Below, piece after piece: positions 44,482-53,917 of a stretch of DNA of 55,781 nucleotides. The stretch lies in the IMG/VR virus record IMGVR_UViG_3300037847_002600, positions 1 to 55,781 of that record; one strand, 5' to 3'. The position numbers and the translations under genes were made by a program. This DNA is from a virus (Duplodnaviria > Caudoviricetes). How positions within the stretch are numbered: position 1 is the first letter of the stretch; every line of letters begins with the position of its first letter. Below the pieces are notes generated by a model. The model worked only from the letters and a program-made list of their open reading frames with translations, was not told the DNA's origin and did not search any database.

Positions 44482-46187
44482 TATCGCCTCCTGTAACGGC
44501 TCCTACGCCATGATGCACGCTTACGATTCTTACCCTTGGTAGAGTCTTTTCGGTACTTCTCAACTTGATTGTATGTCATGTCCTTAAACAATAACACATT
44601 CTCAAGACCTTCGGGGGGTCCTGTGGTCTTGTAACGCCTCGGAGCGTACCTCGCCCCTAAACATGCAAGCTGAAGTGCGGATATTTTATCCCAGTGGTGT
44701 CGATCTCGTCGTTTACCGGGCTTGCCTGAGTGTAATATCTCAGACGCTGCGCTGCGTTCTGTCTGCTTGTCCTCTCGGTAGGAGCCCAGTTGGTCTACAG
44801 TGTCCTCGTCTCGGAGGATAAGCTCGTCGCGTAAGGCGTCTTGTAGATATGAAAGCATGATTGAGATGGACTTAGCGGTGGCTGCGACACCGGGCTTGTA
44901 GGCTTTTTCGTAGTAGAGATTTGGGTAGCCAGCATCTTCAAGCAAAGCCAGAGTAGCCACACCGACGCCGTTACTCTCAACGACCACCATTGCGTTGTTG
45001 TATTTAGATCCGACCTCGAAGATCTTACGCGCAAAGACAACCGGGTCCGTGGTGTCTCCAAAGGCCGCAACTTGGGTCCATTCTCCATCGTACACCTTCA
45101 ACACTTGGAATGACGCGTGGTCTCTCGCAGCATAACCCGCAGGGTCAACGCCCATCACATACGTCGCCCCGGCTTCGGGCTCCTCGTACTCCATGTACGG
45201 AGCCTTCCATGGGACAAGCACGCTGTTCTGATGCTTACGTAGTAGGTCGGCGTGGAACACAGAGCCCACAGATGAGATCCAACAACTCACATCATCAAAC
45301 GGATAGTACACCTTGAAAAGGTCGGGGTTACGCCGGATCTCAGCATCTGTCTCTAGCATGAGCCTGCGGAATGCGAGGTTCTCTTTCGTTAGCCCCTTGG
45401 GTCCGTAGCGGTTAAGGAGATCTATCTCCTCATTCTCTAGCGCCAACCCCTTCGGCCACTGACGTTTGTTGAGCTGACCATCCCAGAAAGGAAAAAACGC
45501 GTAGACCCAGCGACCAAGTCCCATCTTGGCATCGCGACACTGGTCACGCCACCATTCGGCGGAAGGCTCACTCATGGGCGAAGGCGTAGACTCTAGCAAC
45601 ACAAGTGATCGATCGCGGTTGATCATTGAGGGGTAGATCATAGAGAACTGATGACCTGCGTTACGCCAGTAAGGGAGTTCTGAGCCATGGAAGCTGTCCG
45701 GTGATTGACCAATACCTACTGCACCAGATTCTCCAGACAGCACGCGCATCTTCCCGCCGTGCTGAAAAGTCAACTGCCTTACCTCGCGGTTCGGTACCGT
45801 CGGTGCCCGGACAGGTTCTGGCCACCTGCTATGCGTTAAGTGGATACGACGGTGGAGGTATTCTGCCCGATCTCGATTATCAGCAATACAAACATGGTCG
45901 TGTCCGGGTGTGTATGCAGAACGGACATACCCACACAGTTCAGCGGTTAGGCTCTTCCCGCCCTGTCGATAACCAAGGACAGTCAACCACTTGGTCTGTC
46001 CAAACGGAGTTTCTGGTGGTTCGGAGTAGTACGAAACCACCGTCTCCTGAAGACGCTTCGTGATGGCAAACGGGTCGTAGGTGTGTTCCCGCCCTGTCTT
46101 CTGGTCGATAATACTGGCGTATGCCCTGAGGCTAATCGCAGGGTCTCCGAGCGCAGCCAACGCCTCTTCGTCGAGCGATGCGGTCAT
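44481..46187 (-). CDS. terL: Terminase large subunit
   Basis: YRQGGKS Walker A, FHGSE Walker B, LESTP, nuclease GVDPAG..D, VESNGVG and HWD. Confidence 0.9.
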   Translation of the reverse strand: MTASLDEEALAALGDPAISLRAYASIIDQKTGREHTYDPFAITKRLQETVVSYYSEPPETPFGQTKWLTVLGYRQGGKSLTAELCGYVRSAYTPGHDHVCIADNRDRAEYLHRRIHLTHSRWPEPVRAPTVPNREVRQLTFQHGGKMRVLSGESGAVGIGQSPDSFHGSELPYWRNAGHQFSMIYPSMINRDRSLVLLESTPSPMSEPSAEWWRDQCRDAKMGLGRWVYAFFPFWDGQLNKRQWPKGLALENEEIDLLNRYGPKGLTKENLAFRRLMLETDAEIRRNPDLFKVYYPFDDVSCWISSVGSVFHADLLRKHQNSVLVPWKAPYMEYEEPEAGATYVMGVDPAGYAARDHASFQVLKVYDGEWTQVAAFGDTTDPVVFARKIFEVGSKYNNAMVVVESNGVGVATLALLEDAGYPNLYYEKAYKPGVAATAKSISIMLSYLQDALRDELILRDEDTVDQLGSYREDKQTERSAASEILHSGKPGKRRDRHHWDKISALQLACLGARYAPRRYKTTGPPEGLENVLLFKDMTYNQVEKYRKDSTKGKNRKRASWRRSRYRRR

Positions 46188-46480
46188 TACTTCATACTCT
46201 TCTTGCCCTTGCACTTCCAACGCTTGCGCGACAGGTTGTTGGGCGTGTTAGGGTCATTCTGTTTCTCTTTCGAAAGGCGGCTCTTGATACCTGCCGAGCG
46301 AGCGCAGTAGGAGTCGCCCTTAGACGTACCGGGCCTGACACGAGGTCCGCCACCTTTCGCCTGCCCTGCTTGGCCGTAAGACACCTTCTTACCAGACGCG
46401 GTGCGCTTGACACGTGCCTTGCCCTTACGGGGCTTAAGTGCGTTACGTGCGGCCTTACGTCGTTTATCTTTAAGGGACAT
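46187..46480 (-). CDS. Small basic protein (DUF6321-like)
   Basis: KKVSYGQ...SYCARS...DPN.PN..SR.RWKC pattern. Confidence 0.7.
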   Translation of the reverse strand: MSLKDKRRKAARNALKPRKGKARVKRTASGKKVSYGQAGQAKGGGPRVRPGTSKGDSYCARSAGIKSRLSKEKQNDPNTPNNLSRKRWKCKGKKSMK

Positions 46481-49400
46481 CAGTTCTCCCTCGGAGGCTC
46501 TTCCTCTTTGTTCATAGCACGGCGAGCGGCTTCGCCTGCCATCATCGCAAACGGCAAGGCGTAGAGAGCAGATGGACCACCTCGGCCTGACAGGCTACCG
46601 TCAAAAGACTCAGCGTTAGGCGTTTCCTCTACAATGCCAGCGGTCAGGGCGGAACCTTCGGCGTTCATTTTAACACGTATCATGTCTTTAATCTCTTTCG
46701 TTAAGGGGATAATCTTAATATGACCGTCTTTGAGAGGCTCCCCCTGTACAGTAGCTTGTACGACAGGGAAGTCTGATACCTCTGCGTTTAAGATTTTCGC
46801 AAAGATGCTAGGGAGGAAGGTATCATACGAGGCCCTCACGCCCTTTGAGTTACCAAACTGGATGCCTATAGACGTTAAGATCGTTTCAGCGTTTGGCAGC
46901 GCGATAAAATCGAGGTCCGCAAGATACGCCTGACGTAACATATCATTTGCAATAAGACGTAACCGCTGGTTGACTGAAGTCATAACTGGAATCTGCGAAA
47001 CTTGATCTACGTGCGCATCGGTATTTTCAAACCATGAAAGGAACGCCCTAGGTGACGAGAGCGTACTCACACTCTTCTTCCCAGTCTGTGGATCTACAGG
47101 CACCGAGCCAGTATCATACTTAAAGAAATGCTTAAAGGTAGGAGGAAGTCGGTCGCTACTGACGTACTCACTGCTGGGCGTGAGTCCGTCGTAAAGAACA
47201 GAAAACTGTTCGGGTGGCCGACGAGCGGCCAGTTCATCGACTATACGCGTAACAATCTTCTCGGCCACTGTAGGTGATCGTGCGTCGAGCCTGTCGGCAG
47301 TACCGTAGATTATACTGGCTCCTAGCTCCTTAATCATTGCCTCCTGCTGCTTGTAATCTCTGAAGTTTTCCCTGATCGGTGCCGTTAGCTTTGCAAGCTC
47401 GTGGACTAGGTTAAGCGTCCGTTTAGAGATCCCCAGTCTTTCTAATCCTTCTAGTCGCCAGCTAATCTGCTCAAGATTAGGCTTTTTCCTAGCATACTCG
47501 GCTGCTAATGAGTAAGCATAGTTGGTCAACTTCTGCGTAGCATCTCTGCGCCTGAAGTCGGTCATCTCCGGGTTGGTGAATATATCATACGCTAGACTCT
47601 CTCGAAGCTCCGTGGCCAGAGGGTTAAGTTTTGTCTCTACATCCGCAAAGCGACGCAACGCCCTGTACAGCTTCGTGTCCGTCGTGGGTCCTCCTATCGC
47701 TCCCAAGTCGGCTACTCGCTGATTTATGTCAAACTGTTGTTCGATTAAAACTATGCCCTTGCCTTCAACTGGTGAGTTTTCGATCGGTCCGATGGTAAAC
47801 CTAGCGTGACCGAGGAAGTCATTAGCGGCAAAACCACCGGGTTTAGGGATATAACTCTCGCGACCAAAATGCGAGCTTGAAAAGTCACCCCACGGTGATT
47901 GTCCGCCGAGGCCTGACGGTCCTGACGTAAACGCATAAAACACCTCGCTGGCCTTGTCCAGCATGTCTTGCATCGGTTTGATCGCTTCAGGTGTAGAGTA
48001 ATCATCAAGCGTAGTGTTCACGATGTGCCGTATCTCTTCCTTACTATAAGGAAATACCAAATCTTCGATGCCGGTAGCGCGGGTAACAGGACGTCCTTTG
48101 ACTTTGTAGTTATTCAGACCAACAACCAGATCGTTCGTCATCTTGTGATGTATAGTATGAAGACTACTAAGATTCTCCACAATCGCATCTACCGCCTCTT
48201 TCGATGCGTAGGGTCTATCCAGCCTAGTATTTGTGGCCTCTCTGAAGAGGTCCGATATTTCCTTACCGACGTAGTTTCTTACTGCTTGCTGAGATCTTAA
48301 ACCTCGATGTGTTACTTGGGGTGTTTTCCAGAAATCTTGCATACTCTGCCAAGCATTTCGGGCCAACGCTAGTCGATCTGTTGTCGGTATGTAGTATAGG
48401 CGGGTACCTGTTGCGTCTTGGTTATTAAGCTGATCTACTTCAGGAACATACTTGTTGTAGCTGTGACTGTCGCCATGCACGTTGTCCAACGCGAACTTAG
48501 CACCTTTGTACTCTCCAGCTCCGATGAGCTGCCGCGTTTTATTACTTTGCATATGGTCATTCGTAGTGCCCGGTCCGTAGTAATCGAGAAGCGTCGTGGT
48601 CGCTATTACATTGTTATCTACGACTTGGTCTCCAATAACAGAAGGTAGGTACCCAGAGGACTGTTGTAGAGCACTCAGAACGTTTCGGGCTCTGAAACCG
48701 TCAGGATGCAGGCGCTCGACGTACTGAAGCGCAGGTTCTAATCGGGTACGTATTTCATCTTCGCTGACAAGGACACCTTTACCTTTGCTAGACAATGGTA
48801 GGAACTTTTGCTGGTCTTTATCAAACGCGAACCCCAGAGCTTTGAGGAACTGGTATCTCGCAGACGTACCGGGCTTCACCAAAGGCACAACTTCACCGTC
48901 AATCACACGTGTGCGCTGTTCACCTGTCTTCCTGTCGATCACAGGCATGTCTTCGGTCGTCGCAAATACACGCTCTGGATGTTTAGTGTTCAGCACATTC
49001 AGGGCCCTTTGGAGACGTGAGTACGTAGGAGGCTCGTCTACGTCCGATACGTTTAGGGCACGGGACGCCCCTTCAAGAAGTGCTCGTTCGGCAGCGTCGT
49101 ACCCTTGCACGACCACGGGAGGGCGCGGAGCAAGCGTCTCCACCTTGCTGCCCCAGTTTATAAGGTCGCTCACGGAAGGCTTGTCAGCGTCACTCAGCTT
49201 AAGGTTGTGCGTACGGTAATAATGGATAAGACCTGTTAGGAGATCACGCGAACGCTTCATCCTCGCTGCGTCGTCGGACGCGTTGAGGCCTGCGAAGATA
49301 GCTGGACCGAAGTTTTCAGGGTCGAACACAAACTTAGACATGTCCGGTAGCGAACGCGTCAATGAGTCGATAACGGTCTTCTTCTGGGCTGTATTGTGCA

Positions 49401-52332
49401 GGGGAAGCTGTACGTATTTAGAGTGCCAAGGTGTGTCTTCACCCGCCCCAAAGGGCGTCCAGTTCAGGTAATGCATTTTCGCGAGGTAGGGCTGGCCTGT
49501 TTTACTCGGTATGTCTAACACTTCCATAATCTCAGCGACCCGTGCGTCCGAAAAAACAGCAGCAGGATCATCGTGAGAAGCACGGCTGCTGATAGGAAGC
49601 GCGTAACTCGGCGTGCCTGCGTGGGTTAGGTCCGACTTCCCTTCCACGTTAAACGCGGCGCGACGCGTGTCTGCTTGACTCTGCTTAACAGCATACTTAA
49701 AGTAGCCCTGTAGTTCGGCTATGTCCGCAGGGGCACCGTTTTTGTCTGTCGTATAGCCGTTTGAGAGCCGCTTGAGACCTTCCAAAAATGACGCCGGAAC
49801 TTCTGCCGTATTCGTTGCGGTAAGCATAGGATCGCGGTCGATGATAGGATTAGAGCTGGTTGATGTTAGTCGTTTGCGGACTGATTCATTAGCGACCCGA
49901 CCTAAGCGAGTGTCAGAACCAAACAAAAGTTGTCCTGCATTCCTGCCGAGTTCATCACGGGTCATAGGTGCCGAGCCCGAGTTGTAGTTCAAGGCATATT
50001 TAAGTTCTTGAAAATCGAGGTTTCCTTGGTTCAGTGACTTGGGCAGGCGGTACAAAGGAAAACCCGTGAACTTCTCAAACGACTGGATAGCGTCTGTAAC
50101 GTCCCAAGCAGCGTCTTTACCAGCGGTTCGTGTTGTCTCAAAAACACGATCAAATAGTCTAGCTGCCCTGTTGCGGTATGCCGCGAAAGGCTCCTTTAGA
50201 ATGTCCTCTTGTACAAGTGGAGCCGCGAGAGGGGCATCTGGGTTCACAATCCTTGTATTTGTTGGGCCACCCGAGCCTAAAAACCGTTTGAGTATAGTGA
50301 GCTTCTCGCGGAGGGGTGCGGGAGACTCATGTAAAGCGGACATTACAGCAGCAGGAGCAAAGTCTTCTGCTCCACGGAGAACTTCATCTATCGCCTGTGC
50401 CACTATAGGTTGGTTTACGGCTGCTACCGTATCTTCCGTTGTGCCTCCTTCACTGGTAAAACGCGCCCGTATACCCGCATCTATGCCTAGGTCATCTAAC
50501 ATAGGGGCACTTAAAAAATGCAGCATGTCTGCGTTATGACTAAAAACAGGTTCGCCTGTTTGGTAATGATTAGCTACACGGATCATGGCAGACCCAAGGG
50601 CCCTCTGGTAGTCTGTGACAGCCGAAGTACTATCTTGAGTCTCTGTCAGGCCCGACAGTCGTTGAAAAGTGTTTATCGCGTCTTGCGGTGCAGACGTGCC
50701 GTCCGGGCCGGTGGATGCAGCTAGAAACGCTTCACGTTCCGCATCTGAGTACTCAAGTCTGCCACTCATCATAGGACGAATGGGTTCAACGACCTCTTCG
50801 ACCCCGTCATCTGCGAGAACCTCTTCTAGTCTAGTACCGGCAGGAGACGCATCGGGATCAACCGCATCCTCGTCTAAAGCAGCGTTTATCCGCTGTGTAA
50901 GTTCCTCTGAAAACGCGTCAATGACAGCGGCTTCGCCTATATCTCCAGAGAGTGTGTCAGGGTCAACTGAACTCTCAACCTCGGGACGAACTTCGCTAGG
51001 TGGGAGGCCGGTTTGAACCTCTGTGCGTTGCTCGGGGGTGAGTGAGTCAAGCCACGCTATCACAGTCGGATCGTTTGCGTGCTGTGCCAGTAAGTCGTCA
51101 GCCATGCTGTTAATAAACTGATTAGGGACCTCAGGTCGCTCTTGTGGATCAGGCGTCCGAGTCAGAGGCTGCGTGACCTCATCGTACATGTCCGTGGGCT
51201 CATCGGCTTCGGGCTCTGCACTAGCAGGACGTATACCACGATTAATAGCACGACTGACATCAAGCGTCCGCCGTGTCGCTGCGCTCGGCAGTCGGGACGG
51301 TGTAGTAAGCGTAGTAGGCGTAGTAGGCGTAGTAGACGTATCGGGGGGCGCTGTCGGAGCGTCCGGTGCAGGCTGGGGGGTTACGTCGGCCATGTCGCCG
51401 TAAGGCATACGACGACGCGGCGTGGTGCCCTCCATGAGGATCTCAGTACCATCATCTGTAAAACGATCAGGATGTAGCCGACGATAAACAGCGTCATCGA
51501 ATCTACGAGTAGCGTCCCCTACACGCTCTAGACCTGTGCGTACTCCCGAACTAAAACGCTGGCCTTGATCGCTACGAGCAAAGCGCCCTAGGCCCCGGAT
51601 GGCGGCTTTGGATGCGACTTCGCCTACGCCTTGTCCGATCGCCTCTGCTGCCGCAAAGGCCATAGGGTTCATCGTGTCGAGTGCCGTCTTCAGCTCATCT
51701 CTGTCTAGCTCGCCCCGTTGTGCTTGCCGTGCGAGTCCCTGCATCATAGCTGCTTGTTGCTCGGTCATCAGCCCTGATGCGAACGCCTGTCCTAGAACAC
51801 GTTGTGCTGTCTCTTGATTAGCAAGCATCTCGCCGAACTCGTCAACAGACATCGACCTTTCGCCGTACATCTCGCCGGGTCGAGCTTCTCGAACTGATGG
51901 TCCGTCGGGCATAGGCGGTAGGGGTTCTGCTGGTTGCTGTGCCAGCTTGGCCATGTACTCCGCCGCCGCATCTTCCGGTGTCGTTTGATACTGCGACATG
52001 TCCGGTTGCGTAATGCGGTCAGCGGCCCGCTGCGTCTCAGCTTGGAGTGCTTGGTGTCGGTCACTACCGGAGTACTTGGCTCTGCCCAACATCTTGATAG
52101 GATCGTAGTCCCCACGCACGGCACGCCGCATGGCGTCACCGAAGAACGTATTCTTGATCCCGTCGCCCGGTTCGTAGTCTCCCGACCGCTCTCGCTTGGC
52201 AAGCTCATCGAGTATCCGACGTTGTGGTGTACCGTACAGGTACGACTCCCACGCGTCACTCGCTTTGTTAGCGGCTGCGTCAAGAGGGCGGTTAAGTGCG
52301 GATAAGACGCTTTTGGGGTCCTTCGGATCCAT
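46480..52332 (-). CDS. Giant 1950-aa protein, probably head-packaged/polyvalent-type
   Basis: Long ORF with an acidic Pro-rich N-terminal third; C-terminal SHF..LGHARF..IEQQFD..LR.A....D.IA..YD..LP..K block recalled from large phage virion proteins. Confidence 0.65.
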   Translation of the reverse strand: MDPKDPKSVLSALNRPLDAAANKASDAWESYLYGTPQRRILDELAKRERSGDYEPGDGIKNTFFGDAMRRAVRGDYDPIKMLGRAKYSGSDRHQALQAETQRAADRITQPDMSQYQTTPEDAAAEYMAKLAQQPAEPLPPMPDGPSVREARPGEMYGERSMSVDEFGEMLANQETAQRVLGQAFASGLMTEQQAAMMQGLARQAQRGELDRDELKTALDTMNPMAFAAAEAIGQGVGEVASKAAIRGLGRFARSDQGQRFSSGVRTGLERVGDATRRFDDAVYRRLHPDRFTDDGTEILMEGTTPRRRMPYGDMADVTPQPAPDAPTAPPDTSTTPTTPTTLTTPSRLPSAATRRTLDVSRAINRGIRPASAEPEADEPTDMYDEVTQPLTRTPDPQERPEVPNQFINSMADDLLAQHANDPTVIAWLDSLTPEQRTEVQTGLPPSEVRPEVESSVDPDTLSGDIGEAAVIDAFSEELTQRINAALDEDAVDPDASPAGTRLEEVLADDGVEEVVEPIRPMMSGRLEYSDAEREAFLAASTGPDGTSAPQDAINTFQRLSGLTETQDSTSAVTDYQRALGSAMIRVANHYQTGEPVFSHNADMLHFLSAPMLDDLGIDAGIRARFTSEGGTTEDTVAAVNQPIVAQAIDEVLRGAEDFAPAAVMSALHESPAPLREKLTILKRFLGSGGPTNTRIVNPDAPLAAPLVQEDILKEPFAAYRNRAARLFDRVFETTRTAGKDAAWDVTDAIQSFEKFTGFPLYRLPKSLNQGNLDFQELKYALNYNSGSAPMTRDELGRNAGQLLFGSDTRLGRVANESVRKRLTSTSSNPIIDRDPMLTATNTAEVPASFLEGLKRLSNGYTTDKNGAPADIAELQGYFKYAVKQSQADTRRAAFNVEGKSDLTHAGTPSYALPISSRASHDDPAAVFSDARVAEIMEVLDIPSKTGQPYLAKMHYLNWTPFGAGEDTPWHSKYVQLPLHNTAQKKTVIDSLTRSLPDMSKFVFDPENFGPAIFAGLNASDDAARMKRSRDLLTGLIHYYRTHNLKLSDADKPSVSDLINWGSKVETLAPRPPVVVQGYDAAERALLEGASRALNVSDVDEPPTYSRLQRALNVLNTKHPERVFATTEDMPVIDRKTGEQRTRVIDGEVVPLVKPGTSARYQFLKALGFAFDKDQQKFLPLSSKGKGVLVSEDEIRTRLEPALQYVERLHPDGFRARNVLSALQQSSGYLPSVIGDQVVDNNVIATTTLLDYYGPGTTNDHMQSNKTRQLIGAGEYKGAKFALDNVHGDSHSYNKYVPEVDQLNNQDATGTRLYYIPTTDRLALARNAWQSMQDFWKTPQVTHRGLRSQQAVRNYVGKEISDLFREATNTRLDRPYASKEAVDAIVENLSSLHTIHHKMTNDLVVGLNNYKVKGRPVTRATGIEDLVFPYSKEEIRHIVNTTLDDYSTPEAIKPMQDMLDKASEVFYAFTSGPSGLGGQSPWGDFSSSHFGRESYIPKPGGFAANDFLGHARFTIGPIENSPVEGKGIVLIEQQFDINQRVADLGAIGGPTTDTKLYRALRRFADVETKLNPLATELRESLAYDIFTNPEMTDFRRRDATQKLTNYAYSLAAEYARKKPNLEQISWRLEGLERLGISKRTLNLVHELAKLTAPIRENFRDYKQQEAMIKELGASIIYGTADRLDARSPTVAEKIVTRIVDELAARRPPEQFSVLYDGLTPSSEYVSSDRLPPTFKHFFKYDTGSVPVDPQTGKKSVSTLSSPRAFLSWFENTDAHVDQVSQIPVMTSVNQRLRLIANDMLRQAYLADLDFIALPNAETILTSIGIQFGNSKGVRASYDTFLPSIFAKILNAEVSDFPVVQATVQGEPLKDGHIKIIPLTKEIKDMIRVKMNAEGSALTAGIVEETPNAESFDGSLSGRGGPSALYALPFAMMAGEAARRAMNKEEEPPREN

Positions 52333-52334
52333 GA

Positions 52335-52739
52335 CTACCCCCCGTAAGGATTATCAATAGACTTCTTATTTTTCCTAGAGGGAGGCGGTTGGTCGGGTGT
52401 GACTAGCGAACCGTCGGGCATGACAGGATCAGGGAACTCGTAAGGTTCGTCGGGCGGTACGTCTAAGATCTGAGGCTGCGTTGCTTGGTACTCCATCTCT
52501 GCGCGACGCCGGTCTGCTTGATATGCTTCTTCCTCTTCCGGGGAACGCATATCCATGTACTCTTGAGGAGCAGTAGGTGCGGGCATACCCTCAAGGAGCC
52601 CGTCGGCAATGTCCCCGCCAGCAGCACGCAAGGCTTCAATAGCGCGGCGGGCCGCATCACGTAAAGCTTGAAGGTTCTGTGGGCCACGGCTTGTGTCACG
52701 GTTATCGGCGAGGGTATCAAATGCTCTTTCGTCAGCCAT
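52335..52739 (-). CDS. Acidic Pro-rich hypothetical protein
   Basis: GGAGG RBS; coupled overlap; contains AARRAI. Confidence 0.65.
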   Translation of the reverse strand: MADERAFDTLADNRDTSRGPQNLQALRDAARRAIEALRAAGGDIADGLLEGMPAPTAPQEYMDMRSPEEEEAYQADRRRAEMEYQATQPQILDVPPDEPYEFPDPVMPDGSLVTPDQPPPSRKNKKSIDNPYGG

Positions 52740-53154
52740 TCTTGGCCTCCAGTACTACAGGTTCGGACTGCTCAATCTCTTCGGCGGTGAAGTAGTCACC
52801 ACGGAGCTGTTTGGTCTCTCGTTTCACTTGAACAAGTGCGGTAACTATATCCGTATATGCATCTTGCGGACTTCCTTCAACCGAGTTCTTAGTTGCTAGG
52901 ATAGTAAAGTTGAGTTCATGCCATGCCCGTAGCTCCTGTGCGATAACAGGTGTGATGCGCCCCTCGACCAGTGCGGCCATGATTTTACTGCTGAAACCTA
53001 CCAGATCGTCATACGTATCAATCTGAGCTTGGGCTACAAAGTCTGCGACCTCCTTACGTTTGTCCTTCGGGACCAACATCAACCAAGATGCGTAGTCCCC
53101 ACCAGCACTTGCGGGAGGTCTACGTGCGGGACTTGAGTTCTTCTTCTTTGACAT
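52732..53154 (-). CDS. Hypothetical protein (terminase small subunit candidate)
   Basis: Helical 140 aa upstream of the packaging genes; TerS assignment is positional only. Confidence 0.4.
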   Translation of the reverse strand: MSKKKNSSPARRPPASAGGDYASWLMLVPKDKRKEVADFVAQAQIDTYDDLVGFSSKIMAALVEGRITPVIAQELRAWHELNFTILATKNSVEGSPQDAYTDIVTALVQVKRETKQLRGDYFTAEEIEQSEPVVLEAKNG

Positions 53155-53917
53155 CTACAGCCTCTTTGGTTCGATGGACACGACAGCCCGGTGATATGCG
53201 GAGCTTCTTAGGTGTGCCTTTGATTAGATAAGGTAGGTACGCAGGATGTTCTAGCATCTGTTTGCAATATAACGTGTCTGCCAGAAAAGGATTAGACATA
53301 AGCGCCGCAAGGAACTTGCCGCGAGGACGTGTCGGCATCTTCCGTATGAATGGCGGTAGCATCGCTTTACGGAAGTCCGTAGCCGTCGCCCATAAGACGT
53401 ACTGTGGTATCTTCTGCCACTCGGACACAGCGAACGCCATGGCACGATACACTTCGTCCTCGGTGAGGTCGGTGCCCTTGGCTATCTGGATAGGCGTTAG
53501 CCCCATGCCGTAGAGCAGGACGACTAGGTGTGCCATGAACAACCTGTGAGGTGTCGTGTACTTATAGCACATGTTGACGTTGGTTATCTGAAACGGACTA
53601 GGTATCAGTCGATGACGGAACGCAGGTAGTACTTCGTCGGGCCAACGTGTGGGGGACACGAGGCACTTGTCAGACAGCACCCACTCATGCAGCACAGGAG
53701 TCGCTCTGATCCACCTACGGACGTTTTGATTGGACCGGGCGGTAACCTGTGGGTCCCAGTCGAGTGCACGGCCCCTGATGGCTTTCAGGCTCGCTACAAA
53801 CACACCCCATCGCTGACGCTGCATACGCCGCTCCGTCAAGATGGTACGGAGCGCGAGCATATGTGGGTCATGCCTACGGTGCTTGGCGTTTACTTGGAAC
53901 CTGCGGATCTCAGGCAT
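53120..53917 (-). CDS. Basic protein with sigma-region-4-like HTH
   Basis: VVLLYGMGLTPIQIAKGTDLTEDEVYRAMAFA. Confidence 0.55.
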   Translation of the reverse strand: MPEIRRFQVNAKHRRHDPHMLALRTILTERRMQRQRWGVFVASLKAIRGRALDWDPQVTARSNQNVRRWIRATPVLHEWVLSDKCLVSPTRWPDEVLPAFRHRLIPSPFQITNVNMCYKYTTPHRLFMAHLVVLLYGMGLTPIQIAKGTDLTEDEVYRAMAFAVSEWQKIPQYVLWATATDFRKAMLPPFIRKMPTRPRGKFLAALMSNPFLADTLYCKQMLEHPAYLPYLIKGTPKKLRISPGCRVHRTKEAVDVKEEELKSRT

